From an uncultured Gemmatimonadales bacterium (GTDB lineage Bacteria > Gemmatimonadota > Gemmatimonadetes > Gemmatimonadales > GWC2-71-9), in assembly GCA_963771275.1 (NCBI GenBank), contig CAVYSW010000003.1:832001-896000 (forward strand): a stretch of DNA of 64,000 bases, written 5' to 3'. The notes under the pieces were generated by a model. It saw only the letters and a program-made list of their open reading frames with translations, ran no database searches and was not told the DNA's origin. Both the position numbers and the translations under genes were made by a program. Shown in pieces: positions 49,744 to 60,131 of the stretch (position 1 is the first letter of the stretch; every line of letters starts with the position of its first letter).

Positions 49744-50448
49744 ATGATGCGGATTGCCGTGGAGCTGCGCGAGGCCGTCTACCGGGCGAACATGGAGCTC
49801 GTGGAACGCGGCCTCGTGCTCGGCACGTTTGGCAACGCCTCCGCCGTGGACCGCGCGGCCGGCGTCTTCCTCATCAAGCCGAGCGGGGTGCCCTACGATC
49901 AGCTCACGCCGGCGCACGTGGTGGCGGTTTCGCTCGAGACGGGCGAGGTCAGGGACGGCGACTACCAGCCGTCTTCGGACGCGCCAACGCATCGGGAGCT
50001 GTACCGGGCGTTCGCCTGCGGGGGCATCGCGCACACGCACTCGGAATGCGCGACCGCCCTCGCCCAGGCGCGGACGCCCGTGCGCTGCCTCGGGACCACG
50101 CACGCCGACTACTTCCGCGGTGACGTGCCGGTCACGCGGCCGCTCACGCGGGCGGAGGTGGAGGGCGATTACGAGCGCAACACGGGCCTGGTGATCGTCG
50201 AGACGTTCCGCGCGCTGGGACGCTCGGCGGCGGAGGTGCCGGGTGTGCTCGTGGCCAATCACGGCCCGTTCACGTGGGGGAGCGACGCCGACGCGGCCGT
50301 CGAGCACGCGCACGTGCTCGAGTACCTCGCGCGGGTCCAGCTGTGGATGCGCCTGGTGGCGCCCGAGGCACCCGCGCCGGATGCGTTCCTGGTGGACAAG
50401 CACTATCTGCGGAAACACGGCCCCGATGCCTACTACGGGCAGCCGTAG
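49744..50448 (+). CDS. araD: L-ribulose-5-phosphate 4-epimerase
   Basis: TFGNAS, IKPSG, PSSDAPTH, HTHS, GTTHADYF, RKHGPDAYYGQ. Confidence 0.92.
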   Translation: MMRIAVELREAVYRANMELVERGLVLGTFGNASAVDRAAGVFLIKPSGVPYDQLTPAHVVAVSLETGEVRDGDYQPSSDAPTHRELYRAFACGGIAHTHSECATALAQARTPVRCLGTTHADYFRGDVPVTRPLTRAEVEGDYERNTGLVIVETFRALGRSAAEVPGVLVANHGPFTWGSDADAAVEHAHVLEYLARVQLWMRLVAPEAPAPDAFLVDKHYLRKHGPDAYYGQP

Positions 50449-51115
50449 GCCGCCGCCCCGCTCGTCTCTACCTCGGGCCGTTCTCTGGGATCTGGACGGC
50501 ACCCTCATCGACTCGCGGGACCAGCACTGGCGCTCCTGGCGCGCGGCGCTCGCCGCCGAGGGGATCACCGTCACCGAAGCGCAGTTCGCCACCACGTTCG
50601 GCCAGCGCAACGACGCCATCCTCACCGCGTGGCTGGGCCGCGCCGCCGCCCCCGAGCTGATCGCGCGGATCGGCGACGACAAGGAGCGCCGGTTCCGCAA
50701 GCTGGTGGAGCGGGAAGGCGCCGTGCTGCTGCCGGGCGCGACGGAGTGCGTGCGGCGCCTGGGGGAGGCCGGATGGCTCCAGGCCATTGCCTCCTCGGCG
50801 CCACGCCTGAACGTCGAGGTGGAGCACGCAGCGCTCGGCATCGAGGGGCGGTTCGCCGCGCTGGTGAGCGCCGAGGATGTGCACGCCGGAAAACCCGACC
50901 CAGCCGTGTTTCTCGTCGCGGCCACGCGGCTGGGCGTGCCGGCCGCCCGCTGCGTGGTCGTCGAGGATGCGGCGCCCGGCATCGAGGCCGCGCGGCGCGC
51001 GGGGATGCGCAGCATCGGCGTGGGCCCGGGGGTCGGCTCCGCAGCCGACGTCAGCGTGGCGTCACTCACAGAGCTCGCGCCGGATGCGTTCGAGAGGCTG
51101 ATCGAGAGTCGCTAA
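50426..51115 (+). CDS. HAD-family phosphatase (start uncertain)
   Basis: WDLDGTLID, ASS, GKPDP, VEDA. Confidence 0.85.
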   Translation: MPTTGSRRPPPRSSLPRAVLWDLDGTLIDSRDQHWRSWRAALAAEGITVTEAQFATTFGQRNDAILTAWLGRAAAPELIARIGDDKERRFRKLVEREGAVLLPGATECVRRLGEAGWLQAIASSAPRLNVEVEHAALGIEGRFAALVSAEDVHAGKPDPAVFLVAATRLGVPAARCVVVEDAAPGIEAARRAGMRSIGVGPGVGSAADVSVASLTELAPDAFERLIESR

Positions 51116-51180
51116 CGCGGAACTCGGCCACCAAGCGGTGCAGCGGCTCTGAGGTGAGAGGAGGCCGCTTCAGCGGCATC

Positions 51181-52806
51181 CTACAGACGACGCCGCGCGC
51201 CTGCTATTCTCGCCTCGGTCGGATCCCCACCCAGCCCCAACGCCTGTGCCTCGCACACCCCGTAGACCCGCGCGAGCTTTGCGTAGATCGCGACGTGCGC
51301 CGGGACCGGCCGGATGCGCGTCGCGGCCACGGGCTCCGCGAATCCCAAAACGACGTCCTCCCAGCTAGTTGGCTGGCCGTCGGCCATCCGGTCCGCGTGG
51401 TACGCGCGGAGCGCCGCGCCGAGGCAGGCTGAGTTGCCGACCTCGAGCTGGTACACGTCCGCATCGTGCGCGTCGGCCATCACCTGGAGGATGGCCCGGT
51501 TCCGCGCGGCGCCGCCGGTGGCATGGATCTGGTCCACGTCCACCCCCATCCAGCGGGAGTGGAGCAGCAGCGTCAGCATCTGCGCCTCCACCACGGCGCG
51601 CACGTTGGCCGGCCCGTCCGCGGGGTCGAGGTTGTAGCGGCGCACGCCTTCCTGCAGCACGGTCGGCGTGATCTCCGGCTCGAACCACGGCAGCATGATC
51701 GCGCCGCCGTTCCCGGGAGCAGTCGCCTCGAGACAGCGCGAGAACCCCGCCCAATCCAGACCGTACGCGTCCCGCACGCGCTCGCGCGCCAGCGAGCCGT
51801 TTCGGCAGCAGACCAAGCTCATGTAGTCGCCGGTGGGTGCGCCGAACAGGTGGCCCGTGCCGCTCGGGTCCACCCGCGGCTCGTGCAGCAGGCCGAACAG
51901 CGTGTCGCTCGTGCCAAGCGAGATGGCGATGCGCCCCTCGCGCACGATCCCGGTGCCGATCAGCGAGCACGGGTTGTCGCCGGACCACGCCACCACGCGG
52001 GCCGCTGGGAACCCGTACCGCTCGGTCCAGTAGCGGGCGAGCGAGCCCACCACGGTCCACGAGGGCGCGACCTGCGGCAGCCGGCGCAGCAGGTCCGGCG
52101 CCGTCGCCGCGAGCGCAGCCGGAGCCCACTCGCGCCGCGCGATGTCCATCAAGTTCATGCCTGAGCCATCGCCCGGCTCGATCGGCGCGTGACGGCCGGC
52201 GAGCAACGACGCCAGGAAGCTGCTGACCAGGTGAATGCGGTCGGTACGGGCGTAGCCAGCGGGATCACGCTCGGCGTACTTCCGGATCTGCGGGCCGGTG
52301 AAGCGCTCGAACCCCCGGGATCCGGTGAGGCGGGCCATGGCGTCCCCGCCCCCCACCTCCAGTGTGATTGCCGCGCATTGTGCAGCGGTGCTCGCGTCCA
52401 TCCAGATCGGCGCGTCCGCGCGCGACAGCATGCCCGACACCTGCTGCGCGAGCGGCTGCGCCGGGTCGAGGCCGGCGAGGGTCGCGGTCGCGGTTGCGTC
52501 GAGATACACGCTGCCGTGCTGCTGCGCGGACCCCGAGATCGCCCGCACGTTCCGGAGATCGAACCCGCCTTCCCGCGCGATCACCGCCATCATGCGATCG
52601 AGCGCTTCGGCCCACATCAACGGCGACGATGTCGCGACCAGCGGATCGTCCCCGGGTAGGATGCCGTGCCGCGTGCCGTAGTGCGGCAGCTCCGTGTCGA
52701 ACTCGAACGCGTGCTGGAACGCCACGCGCCGTCGCGCGCCGTCCACCTCGATCGCGATCGCCGTGAGGCTCTGGGTGCTCAAGTCGAAACCGAGGTAGAT
52801 CGCCAA
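51181..52806 (-). CDS. D-xylulokinase, eukaryote-like FGGY subfamily
   Basis: YLGFDLSTQ, SGSAQQHGSVY, ERFTGPQIRK, LVSSFLASLL, SLGTSDT, NGSLARE. Confidence 0.82.
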   Translation of the reverse strand: MAIYLGFDLSTQSLTAIAIEVDGARRRVAFQHAFEFDTELPHYGTRHGILPGDDPLVATSSPLMWAEALDRMMAVIAREGGFDLRNVRAISGSAQQHGSVYLDATATATLAGLDPAQPLAQQVSGMLSRADAPIWMDASTAAQCAAITLEVGGGDAMARLTGSRGFERFTGPQIRKYAERDPAGYARTDRIHLVSSFLASLLAGRHAPIEPGDGSGMNLMDIARREWAPAALAATAPDLLRRLPQVAPSWTVVGSLARYWTERYGFPAARVVAWSGDNPCSLIGTGIVREGRIAISLGTSDTLFGLLHEPRVDPSGTGHLFGAPTGDYMSLVCCRNGSLARERVRDAYGLDWAGFSRCLEATAPGNGGAIMLPWFEPEITPTVLQEGVRRYNLDPADGPANVRAVVEAQMLTLLLHSRWMGVDVDQIHATGGAARNRAILQVMADAHDADVYQLEVGNSACLGAALRAYHADRMADGQPTSWEDVVLGFAEPVAATRIRPVPAHVAIYAKLARVYGVCEAQALGLGGDPTEARIAGARRRL

Positions 52807-52899
52807 CTGACGCTCCTCGTTCGAGCGCGGACGCCCTAAGCATAGCGGACTTGGGCGTCGCGCTCTATGCTATCAGTCCCTCGAACGGCGGATGGTGCT

Positions 52900-54672
52900 G
52901 TGAGCGATTCCCTCTCGCGCCGCGATTGGCTCAAGGTGATGGGCGCCGCCGGCGCCGGCTCGATCCTGGTACCGGGCGCGGCCCAGCCGGCCCCGGCGCA
53001 AGAGCCCCGCGTGCTGCCGCTCACCTCCACCAGCGAGGTGTTCGTGCCGGGCCGCGGACGCGGGTTCATGAAGTTCAGCTTCGATTTCCCCGAGCCGTCC
53101 GTCGAGCTGGACGGGCTGCGCTACGGATGCCTCGTGTTCACCCGCGAGAACGTGTATGGGCTCGACCGCGAACGGATGACGGTCGAGGCCAACGCGGACG
53201 GGCTCACAATGAGCGCCTCGGGGCTGGTGTGGGCCGGCGGGCAGGAGCGGGCCGCGGGAACGCTGGTGGCGCGGTTCCGGAGAAGCGGCAGCACCGTTGA
53301 GTGGGACGTCACGGCCGAAATGGCGCAGCCGATCAAGGCGGTCACCACCGTGATCCGCGGCCTCCCGCGCGGCCGCCTCTCGGCCGGGGGTGGCGAGCCG
53401 TTCGATCCCGAGGACAACGAGGTCCTCTACGGCTATCCGTTCAGCGGCGGCGACCTGTTCGGCGCCAACACCGCGTGGGGCCTCACGACCCCGCTCGTTG
53501 CACTGCAGCGCGGCGACACGGATTTCCATTTCATCGCGTCACTCGACGACCGGGTGCGCACCAAGCGGTTCTACTTTCAGCCGGGCCCGGCGGGCTACCG
53601 CGTGGAGGCGGTGCACGAGGTCGAGGGCTGGCTCGACCAGACCCGCGTCGTGGTCCCGACGTGGCGCCTCGGCCGCACGGCCACGCTGGACGCGGCCGCG
53701 GCGCTGCACTATGCCCACCTCGAGCTCGCCTACGGGATTCCCGCCTGGGAGACCCGCGACGACGTCCCGGCATGGCTCCGCGACGTGGCCCTGGTGATCA
53801 CGCTGCACGGCGAGCACTACACGGGCTACGTGTTCAACGACTACGCCCGCATGCAGGAGATCCTGCGCTGGGTCGCGACCCGGATTCCGGCGGGCCGCGT
53901 GCTGGTGTTCCTCTCCTCCTGGGACGGCCGCTACTACTGGGACTACCCGCTCTATCGCGCGTCCGAGCGGATGGGCGGCGAGGCCGGGTTCCGCCGACTC
54001 ATGAAGGAAAGCCAACAGCTCGGCTTCAAAATGATGCCGATGTTCGGCGCGAACGCCGCCAACCGGCGCCAAGCCGTCTTCCAGCGCGTGGCGGACGCGG
54101 CCACGCGCAAGGTGGACGGCGACGTCATGGATCTCAATTGGGTGGACTGGGACAACGACCGCCATCAGGAGGGCTGGCTCGCCTACATGAACCTGGGCGT
54201 CGATTCCTGGCGGCAGCACCTCACCGAGCGGATCGCCGACGCGATCGACCGGTACGGGGTGGACGCCTATTTCCTCGACATCATCGGCGGGTGGGTGAAC
54301 AACACCGAGGCCGACATGCACGAGGGGGCGCGCCGGCTGGTGGCGGACCTGCGCCAGCGCTACCCGCACGTCCTCGCCTGCGGGGAGATGCTGTACGACG
54401 CGCTGCTCGGCTTCATTCCGCTCTACCAGGCGTCGAACTCACGCTACCACCGGAAGTACGCCCGGTTCTTCAGCCACCTGAGTCACCCCGCGCCGGGCCG
54501 CGGGAGCAGCGGGGTCCACGAGTCCGGATTCGGGCGGTGGGATCCCGAGAGCCTGCTGCTCCGCCCCGGCACCATCCCCACGCTGAACGTGGTGGACGAC
54601 ACGTTCACCACCTACCGTGAGGCGATGGCGGCGGTGATCGCGCGGGCGAGGTCGCAGGCCGGCCTTCCCTGA
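52900..54672 (+). CDS. Tat-exported putative glycoside hydrolase (family unassigned)
   Basis: SRRDWLK Tat motif; aromatic-rich region WDGRYYWDYP, YGVDAYFLD; sugar-cluster context. Confidence 0.55.
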   Translation: MSDSLSRRDWLKVMGAAGAGSILVPGAAQPAPAQEPRVLPLTSTSEVFVPGRGRGFMKFSFDFPEPSVELDGLRYGCLVFTRENVYGLDRERMTVEANADGLTMSASGLVWAGGQERAAGTLVARFRRSGSTVEWDVTAEMAQPIKAVTTVIRGLPRGRLSAGGGEPFDPEDNEVLYGYPFSGGDLFGANTAWGLTTPLVALQRGDTDFHFIASLDDRVRTKRFYFQPGPAGYRVEAVHEVEGWLDQTRVVVPTWRLGRTATLDAAAALHYAHLELAYGIPAWETRDDVPAWLRDVALVITLHGEHYTGYVFNDYARMQEILRWVATRIPAGRVLVFLSSWDGRYYWDYPLYRASERMGGEAGFRRLMKESQQLGFKMMPMFGANAANRRQAVFQRVADAATRKVDGDVMDLNWVDWDNDRHQEGWLAYMNLGVDSWRQHLTERIADAIDRYGVDAYFLDIIGGWVNNTEADMHEGARRLVADLRQRYPHVLACGEMLYDALLGFIPLYQASNSRYHRKYARFFSHLSHPAPGRGSSGVHESGFGRWDPESLLLRPGTIPTLNVVDDTFTTYREAMAAVIARARSQAGLP

Positions 54673-54710
54673 GGGGGTCCGTCCTTCCCTAGCGTTCCGG
54701 GCGACATATC

Positions 54711-56651
54711 TTGTCAGGCGTGTCGGCGGCCCTCCCAGCGGACCTGCTCGACGCCCTCGCAGGGCGATTCGCGGTCGAGCGCGAGCTCGGTCGCGGCGGC
54801 ATGGCGACCGTCTTCCTGGCCCACGACCGCAGCCTCGATCGTCGCGTGGCCATCAAGGTGCTGGCCCCGGAGCTGTCGGCGGCGTTGGGCCCGGACCGGT
54901 TCTCCCGCGAGATCCGCCTCACGGCGCGGCTCGTGCACCCCAACATCGTCCCGCTGTTCGATTCGGGCGAGGCCAGCTCCTGCCTCTACTACGTCATGCC
55001 GTTCATCGACGGTCAAACCTTGAGGAGCCTGGTCGTGAACGGCGCGAGACCGGCGGACGAGGTGGCGCACATCGTCACCGACCTCGCCGAGGCACTGGCA
55101 TACGCGCACGGCATGGGGATCGTGCACCGCGACCTGAAGCCGGAGAACGTGTTCTGGTATGGCGGGCGCGCGCTGCTCGCCGATTTCGGGATCGCGACCA
55201 CCACGAGCACCACGCTCGCCGGAGGCCCGCTGACCGGCACCGGCACGATCGTCGGCACCGTGGCGTACATGAGCCCGGAGCAGGCGTCCGGCGCCCGGGA
55301 CATCGACGGACGGTCCGACCTCTACAGCCTGGGCTGCGTGGCGTTCGAGCTGCTCACGGGCCAGCCCCCGTTCACAGGCGACACGCCCATGGCCCTGCTG
55401 GCCGCCCACCTCACCGCTCCGGTGCCCTCGGTGCGGGCGCTCAAGCCCGAAGTGCCGCGCCGCATGGCGACGGTCGTCGAACAGCTGCTCTCGAAACAGC
55501 CCGCGGAGCGCCCGCCCACCGCCGCCGCGTTCCTCGAGCTGGTGCGCACGGATCCGGGGCTCGCGCCCATGGCGCGGCCTGCGACACCGGCCGCCGCAGC
55601 TGCGTCAACCGGCGCCATGAGCCGCGCGGCGCCCGAGATCCGCGATCTCCTGGTGAAGGCCCGCACGCTCCTCAACCGCGCGATGCAGGGCGGTGACGCG
55701 GCCCGCGCCAAGCTGGACATGGCGCGCGTGTACTTGGAGAAGGCGCTGACGCTGGCGCCCGACGATGCGCTCGCGCTGGTCCTGCTGTCGGACGTGATCT
55801 TGGTGCTCGGCGTCCGCGGGTACACCGACTTCGCGGAAGCGACCGAGCGGGCACACGAGCTCCGGATGCGGGCGCTTGCGACGGACGACATGGTGGGTGA
55901 AGTGCACATCTCCCTCGGTGTGGACTTCCTCTATTGGCAGGACGATTTCGAGACCGCCGGAATCGAGCTACAGCGCGGCGTGGAGATGTCTCCCGACTCG
56001 ACGGAGGGCCGGCGCCTCTACGGCGCGTGGCTCAAGATCGCCGGCCGGACCGCGGAGGCGCTCGAGGAGATGCGGGCGGCGGTCCGGCTCGAGCCGCAGG
56101 CGCCGTTCATGCACGTGGGTCTGGCCGACGTCCTCATGACCATGGGTCGCTATCACGAGGCCATCGGCCCGTTGCGGGACGCGCTGCGATTGCTCCCCCG
56201 TTACGAGGCGGCGCTCGAGCGGCTGGAGATGAGCTGCCACCGCGCCGGGCGGCACGAGGAGGCGCTCGACGCGCGCCGCATGCTGCTCGGCATCCGCGGA
56301 GAGACCGAGCGCATGGAGCAGTTGGCGGCCGACGCGGTTGCCGACGGCTGGCTGGTGGCGCGCGAGCGCGATCTCCGGCGTGAGCTCGACGCCCTGCTCC
56401 CGCGAGCGGAGCAGGAGGACCCATTCCGCGATCTCGGGGGCAGCCGCCAGCTGGCCGACAAGATCGTGATCGTCCTGGCGGAGCTGGGGGAGTGGTCGCA
56501 GGCGATGGACTGGATCGAGCGGGGCTACCATCGCCGCCCTGGACGCCTGCGACGCGTCCTGACCGATCTCCCCTACGACCACCACGGCCTGGCGAGCGAT
56601 CCGCGCTACGTGCGGCTGCTGCGGACGGCCGGGCTCGAGGATCTGCTGTAG
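54711..56651 (+). CDS. Hanks-type Ser/Thr kinase with TPR-like C-terminus
   Basis: LGRGGMATV, VAIK, HRDLKPEN, DFG, YMSPEQ. Confidence 0.92.
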   Translation: MSGVSAALPADLLDALAGRFAVERELGRGGMATVFLAHDRSLDRRVAIKVLAPELSAALGPDRFSREIRLTARLVHPNIVPLFDSGEASSCLYYVMPFIDGQTLRSLVVNGARPADEVAHIVTDLAEALAYAHGMGIVHRDLKPENVFWYGGRALLADFGIATTTSTTLAGGPLTGTGTIVGTVAYMSPEQASGARDIDGRSDLYSLGCVAFELLTGQPPFTGDTPMALLAAHLTAPVPSVRALKPEVPRRMATVVEQLLSKQPAERPPTAAAFLELVRTDPGLAPMARPATPAAAAASTGAMSRAAPEIRDLLVKARTLLNRAMQGGDAARAKLDMARVYLEKALTLAPDDALALVLLSDVILVLGVRGYTDFAEATERAHELRMRALATDDMVGEVHISLGVDFLYWQDDFETAGIELQRGVEMSPDSTEGRRLYGAWLKIAGRTAEALEEMRAAVRLEPQAPFMHVGLADVLMTMGRYHEAIGPLRDALRLLPRYEAALERLEMSCHRAGRHEEALDARRMLLGIRGETERMEQLAADAVADGWLVARERDLRRELDALLPRAEQEDPFRDLGGSRQLADKIVIVLAELGEWSQAMDWIERGYHRRPGRLRRVLTDLPYDHHGLASDPRYVRLLRTAGLEDLL

Positions 56652-56716
56652 AGGAGTGAAAAAGGGAAACGTGAGAAGGCCACTCTTCACTCGCCGAACC
56701 CCCACCGGAGGCTGAC

Positions 56717-57199
56717 ATGAGCAAGCGAGCCCAAGCCCTCGCTGAACGCCTGGAACAGGGAGCCGCGGCCCTCGCCGCCTTTGCCGAGAGCATGACCGAC
56801 GCCGAATGGCGGTCCGGCGGGAAGCGCATCGACAAGCGCCCGTTCGGGGTCATCGTGCATCACGTCGCGAGCATGTATCCGATCGAGATCGACGTGGCGC
56901 GCGGCGCGGGGGCCGGCAAGCCCATCGCCGTCACGTGGGACGCCGTCAACGACATCAACGCGAAGCACGCCAAGCAGCACGCGAACGTCACCAAGCGTGA
57001 GGCCATCGACCTCCTGCGGAAGAACAGCGCGGCCGCGGCTGCGGCCCTTCGGGAGTTCTCCGACGAGCAGCTGGACACCGCGGTCCCGAACGGCCTCAGT
57101 TTCAACGCACCCCTGACCACGCAGTTCTGGATCGAGGACCACGCCGTGCGGCACAGCTACCACCACCTGGCGCGCATGCAGGAAGCGCTCGGTCGCTGA
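56717..57199 (+). CDS. DinB-family protein
   Basis: VIVHHVA...HSYHH; GGAGG RBS. Confidence 0.7.
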   Translation: MSKRAQALAERLEQGAAALAAFAESMTDAEWRSGGKRIDKRPFGVIVHHVASMYPIEIDVARGAGAGKPIAVTWDAVNDINAKHAKQHANVTKREAIDLLRKNSAAAAAALREFSDEQLDTAVPNGLSFNAPLTTQFWIEDHAVRHSYHHLARMQEALGR

Positions 57200-57534
57200 C
57201 ACGCCATGCAACGCCATCGGCCGTGGCTCCTGCTCGCCGCCGCCGCGCCGCGTCTGCTTCCGGCACAGCGGGGCACGCCGTCCCCGGACCTCGACAGTTG
57301 GCGGACAGTCAGTTCCCGCCGAGTAGCTGCCTTGGCGGCGTCCTACGAAACGTCGCCTGCTTCCGTCTCGCCCGTCTCTGCGCTCGTAGGAGGCCGCTGA
57401 AGCGGCTACTCGGCCACGATCTGTCGCGTGAGAGCGACCCAAGGCCTCCACCTGGCCATCGTCACCCTCCGCACGCAGTTTAGGGATGAGACGTAGGCAT
57501 CAGTAGTCGTCCCCCCACGTACGAGGGTCGCTCG

Positions 57535-59442
57535 ATGCAGCGCCGAGATTTCCTCACCGCCACGGCGGTCGCAGCCGCACTTCCCCTGAGGGCGCACCGC
57601 GCCGGCCGTGCGCCGCTCGCCGCCGACGAGCCGCGCATCAAGGTGCAGCCGTTCGATCTGTCCCACGTGCGCCTCCGGCCCGGGCCGTTCCTCGACGCCA
57701 CGCTGGTGAACCGCCGGTTCATCATGGGGCAGGACCCCGACCGGCTGCTCCACACGTTCCGCCTCACCGCCGGCCTGCCGACGAACGCCGAGCCGCTCGG
57801 CGGCTGGGAGGCCCCTGAAAACGAGCTGCGCGGCCACTACACCGGCCACTACCTGTCCGCCTGCGCGATGCTCGCGGCGAGTCTGGGCGACGACGAGGTG
57901 AAGACGCGCGGCAACTTGATGGTGACCGAGCTGGCGAAGTGCCAGCAGGCCATCGGTAACGGCTACCTGAGCGCGTTCCCGATGGAGCTGCTCGACCGGC
58001 TGCGCGAGGGACGCCGCGTCTGGGCTCCGTGGTACACGCTGCACAAGATCATGGCCGGCCTGCTCGACATGCACACCCTCGGCGGCAACGCGCAGGCGCT
58101 CGACGTGCTCAAGGGCATGGCCGCGTGGACCCGCGGCTGGAGCCAGCCGCTGAGCGAGGCGGCCATGGCGCGGGTGCTCGAGGTCGAGTACGGCGGCATG
58201 AACGAGCTGCTCTACAACCTCTCGGCGGTTACCGGCGACCGCGGCTACCGCTGGACGGCGCGCCGGTTCGATCACGAGCGGTTCTTCGCGCCGCTGGCCG
58301 ATGGGCGGGACGAGCTCAAGGGGCTGCACGCCAACACGCAGATCCCCAAGATCATCGGCGCCGCGCGGCGCTACGAGCTGACCGGCGAAGTCCGCTACCG
58401 TCGCGTCGCCGAGTACTTCTGGCGCGAGGTGACGGGCCGCCGGTCGTACTGCACGGGTGGCACCAGCAACGGCGAGGGCTGGGGCGCGGACCCCGGCGTG
58501 CTCTCGACCCAGCTCTCCGGCTACACCGAGGAGAGCTGCGTCACCTACAACATGCTGAAGCTCACGCGCCACGTGTTCGGCTGGACGGCCGATCCCGCCT
58601 GCGCCGACTATTACGAGCGGGCGCTGTTCAACGGGATGCTCGGCACGCAGCACCCGGCCGACGGCAACAAGCTCTACTACCTGCCGCTCGCCTCGGGCTT
58701 CTGGAAGCTGTTCGGCACGCCGGAGCACGACTATTGGTGCTGCACCGGGAGCGGCTCCGAGTCGTTCGCCAAGTTCGGGGACAGCATCTACTTCCACGAC
58801 GACCAGGGGATCTACGTCAACCTGTTCATCGCCTCCGAGGTGGATTGGCCCGAGCAGGGGATTCACCTGGTGCAGGACACGCGTTTCCCGGAAGAGGGGA
58901 GGGTCACCCTCACCGTGCATGCGTCGGGATCGCATCGCATGCCGCTCCGCATTCGCGTGCCGTCGTGGGCCGGCCGCGGCGCCATGGCGACGCTCAACGG
59001 GCGGGCGCTGGAGGGATTCGCCGCGCCGGGCGGCTACTACGTGCTCGACCGCTCGTGGAAGGACGGCGACAGACTGGAGCTCTCGTTCCCGATGAGCCTC
59101 CACGCGGCTCCTATGCCGGACGACGACTCGGTCCAGGCGATCATGGTTGGACCGCTCGTGCTGGCGGGCAAACTCGGCACGGAGGGCCTCACGCCCGCGG
59201 TCGTGCGCGCCGAGCCCACGAAGCCGCGGACCATCCCCGAGTACCACGCGGATCCCGTGCCCGCCCCGGCGCTCAAGCCCATGGGCAATGCGCTCTCCGA
59301 CTGGATCACTCCGGTGCCGGGCCGGCCGCTCGAGTTCCGCACCCGGGGGCAGGAGCGGGATGTGACGCTCGTGCCGCTGTCCGGCGTGTTCGACGAGCGG
59401 TACGCGGTGTACTGGCAGGTGACGCGCGAGGCCGTTCCCTGA
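57535..59442 (+). CDS. GH127/GH146 beta-L-arabinofuranosidase-like enzyme with Tat signal
   Basis: RRDFL, GGWE, GHYLSA, EYGGMNE, HANTQIPK, ESCVTYNMLKL, WCCTGSG. Confidence 0.88.
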   Translation: MQRRDFLTATAVAAALPLRAHRAGRAPLAADEPRIKVQPFDLSHVRLRPGPFLDATLVNRRFIMGQDPDRLLHTFRLTAGLPTNAEPLGGWEAPENELRGHYTGHYLSACAMLAASLGDDEVKTRGNLMVTELAKCQQAIGNGYLSAFPMELLDRLREGRRVWAPWYTLHKIMAGLLDMHTLGGNAQALDVLKGMAAWTRGWSQPLSEAAMARVLEVEYGGMNELLYNLSAVTGDRGYRWTARRFDHERFFAPLADGRDELKGLHANTQIPKIIGAARRYELTGEVRYRRVAEYFWREVTGRRSYCTGGTSNGEGWGADPGVLSTQLSGYTEESCVTYNMLKLTRHVFGWTADPACADYYERALFNGMLGTQHPADGNKLYYLPLASGFWKLFGTPEHDYWCCTGSGSESFAKFGDSIYFHDDQGIYVNLFIASEVDWPEQGIHLVQDTRFPEEGRVTLTVHASGSHRMPLRIRVPSWAGRGAMATLNGRALEGFAAPGGYYVLDRSWKDGDRLELSFPMSLHAAPMPDDDSVQAIMVGPLVLAGKLGTEGLTPAVVRAEPTKPRTIPEYHADPVPAPALKPMGNALSDWITPVPGRPLEFRTRGQERDVTLVPLSGVFDERYAVYWQVTREAVP

Positions 59443-59453
59443 CGCGCCTCGGT

Positions 59454-60131
59454 GTGGTGATCGTCGGCGTCGACGCGTCCCCGCCGCCGCCGCTGTGCTT
59501 TGGCCTGCCGGGCGCGCCCGACTTCCGCGGGTTCGAGGTGGACCTGCTCGGCGCCATCGCCGCAAGGCTGGGAGCGACCATGTGCTACAGGAGCGCTCCG
59601 TGGCGCGAAATCCTCGCTGAGCTGCAGGCGGGGCGGCTCGACATGATCTGCACGGCGGCGACCATCACGGCGGAGCGCCGTCGGATCGTCGAGTTCAGCG
59701 ACCCGTATCTCGAGACGACGTTGGCGCTCGTCGCCCGCGGCGATCGCCCCATTGCGCAGGCGGACGACCTGCGGGGCAAGACCATCGGGGTCCGCGTGGC
59801 CACTGTGGCGGAGAATTTCGTCCGCGAGCGATGCCATCCGGGCGTCGTTCTCACGTTCGACCTCAATGTGGACGCGTACCAGGCGCTCCGAGACGGGCGC
59901 GTCGAGGCCGTGGTCGACGATTGGCCGATCGCGGACCACTTCACGCGCTCGGTGGACGGTCTCGAGGCCGTGGTCCCGATCCCGGAGGTGGGCTTCGCCT
60001 ACGGGATCGTGTTCGCGAGGGGGAACGATGCACTGCGCGCGGCGGTGAACGCCGCGTTGGCGGAGCTCCAAGCGGACGGCACTCGGGAGCGGCTCTCCCG
60101 GCGCTGGCTCCGGGGAGGAATCACGGCATGA
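59454..60131 (+). CDS. ABC-type substrate-binding protein (family 3)
   Basis: GFEVDL, LQAGRLD, TITAERR, FSDPY, LRGKTIGV. Confidence 0.8.
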   Translation: MVIVGVDASPPPPLCFGLPGAPDFRGFEVDLLGAIAARLGATMCYRSAPWREILAELQAGRLDMICTAATITAERRRIVEFSDPYLETTLALVARGDRPIAQADDLRGKTIGVRVATVAENFVRERCHPGVVLTFDLNVDAYQALRDGRVEAVVDDWPIADHFTRSVDGLEAVVPIPEVGFAYGIVFARGNDALRAAVNAALAELQADGTRERLSRRWLRGGITA

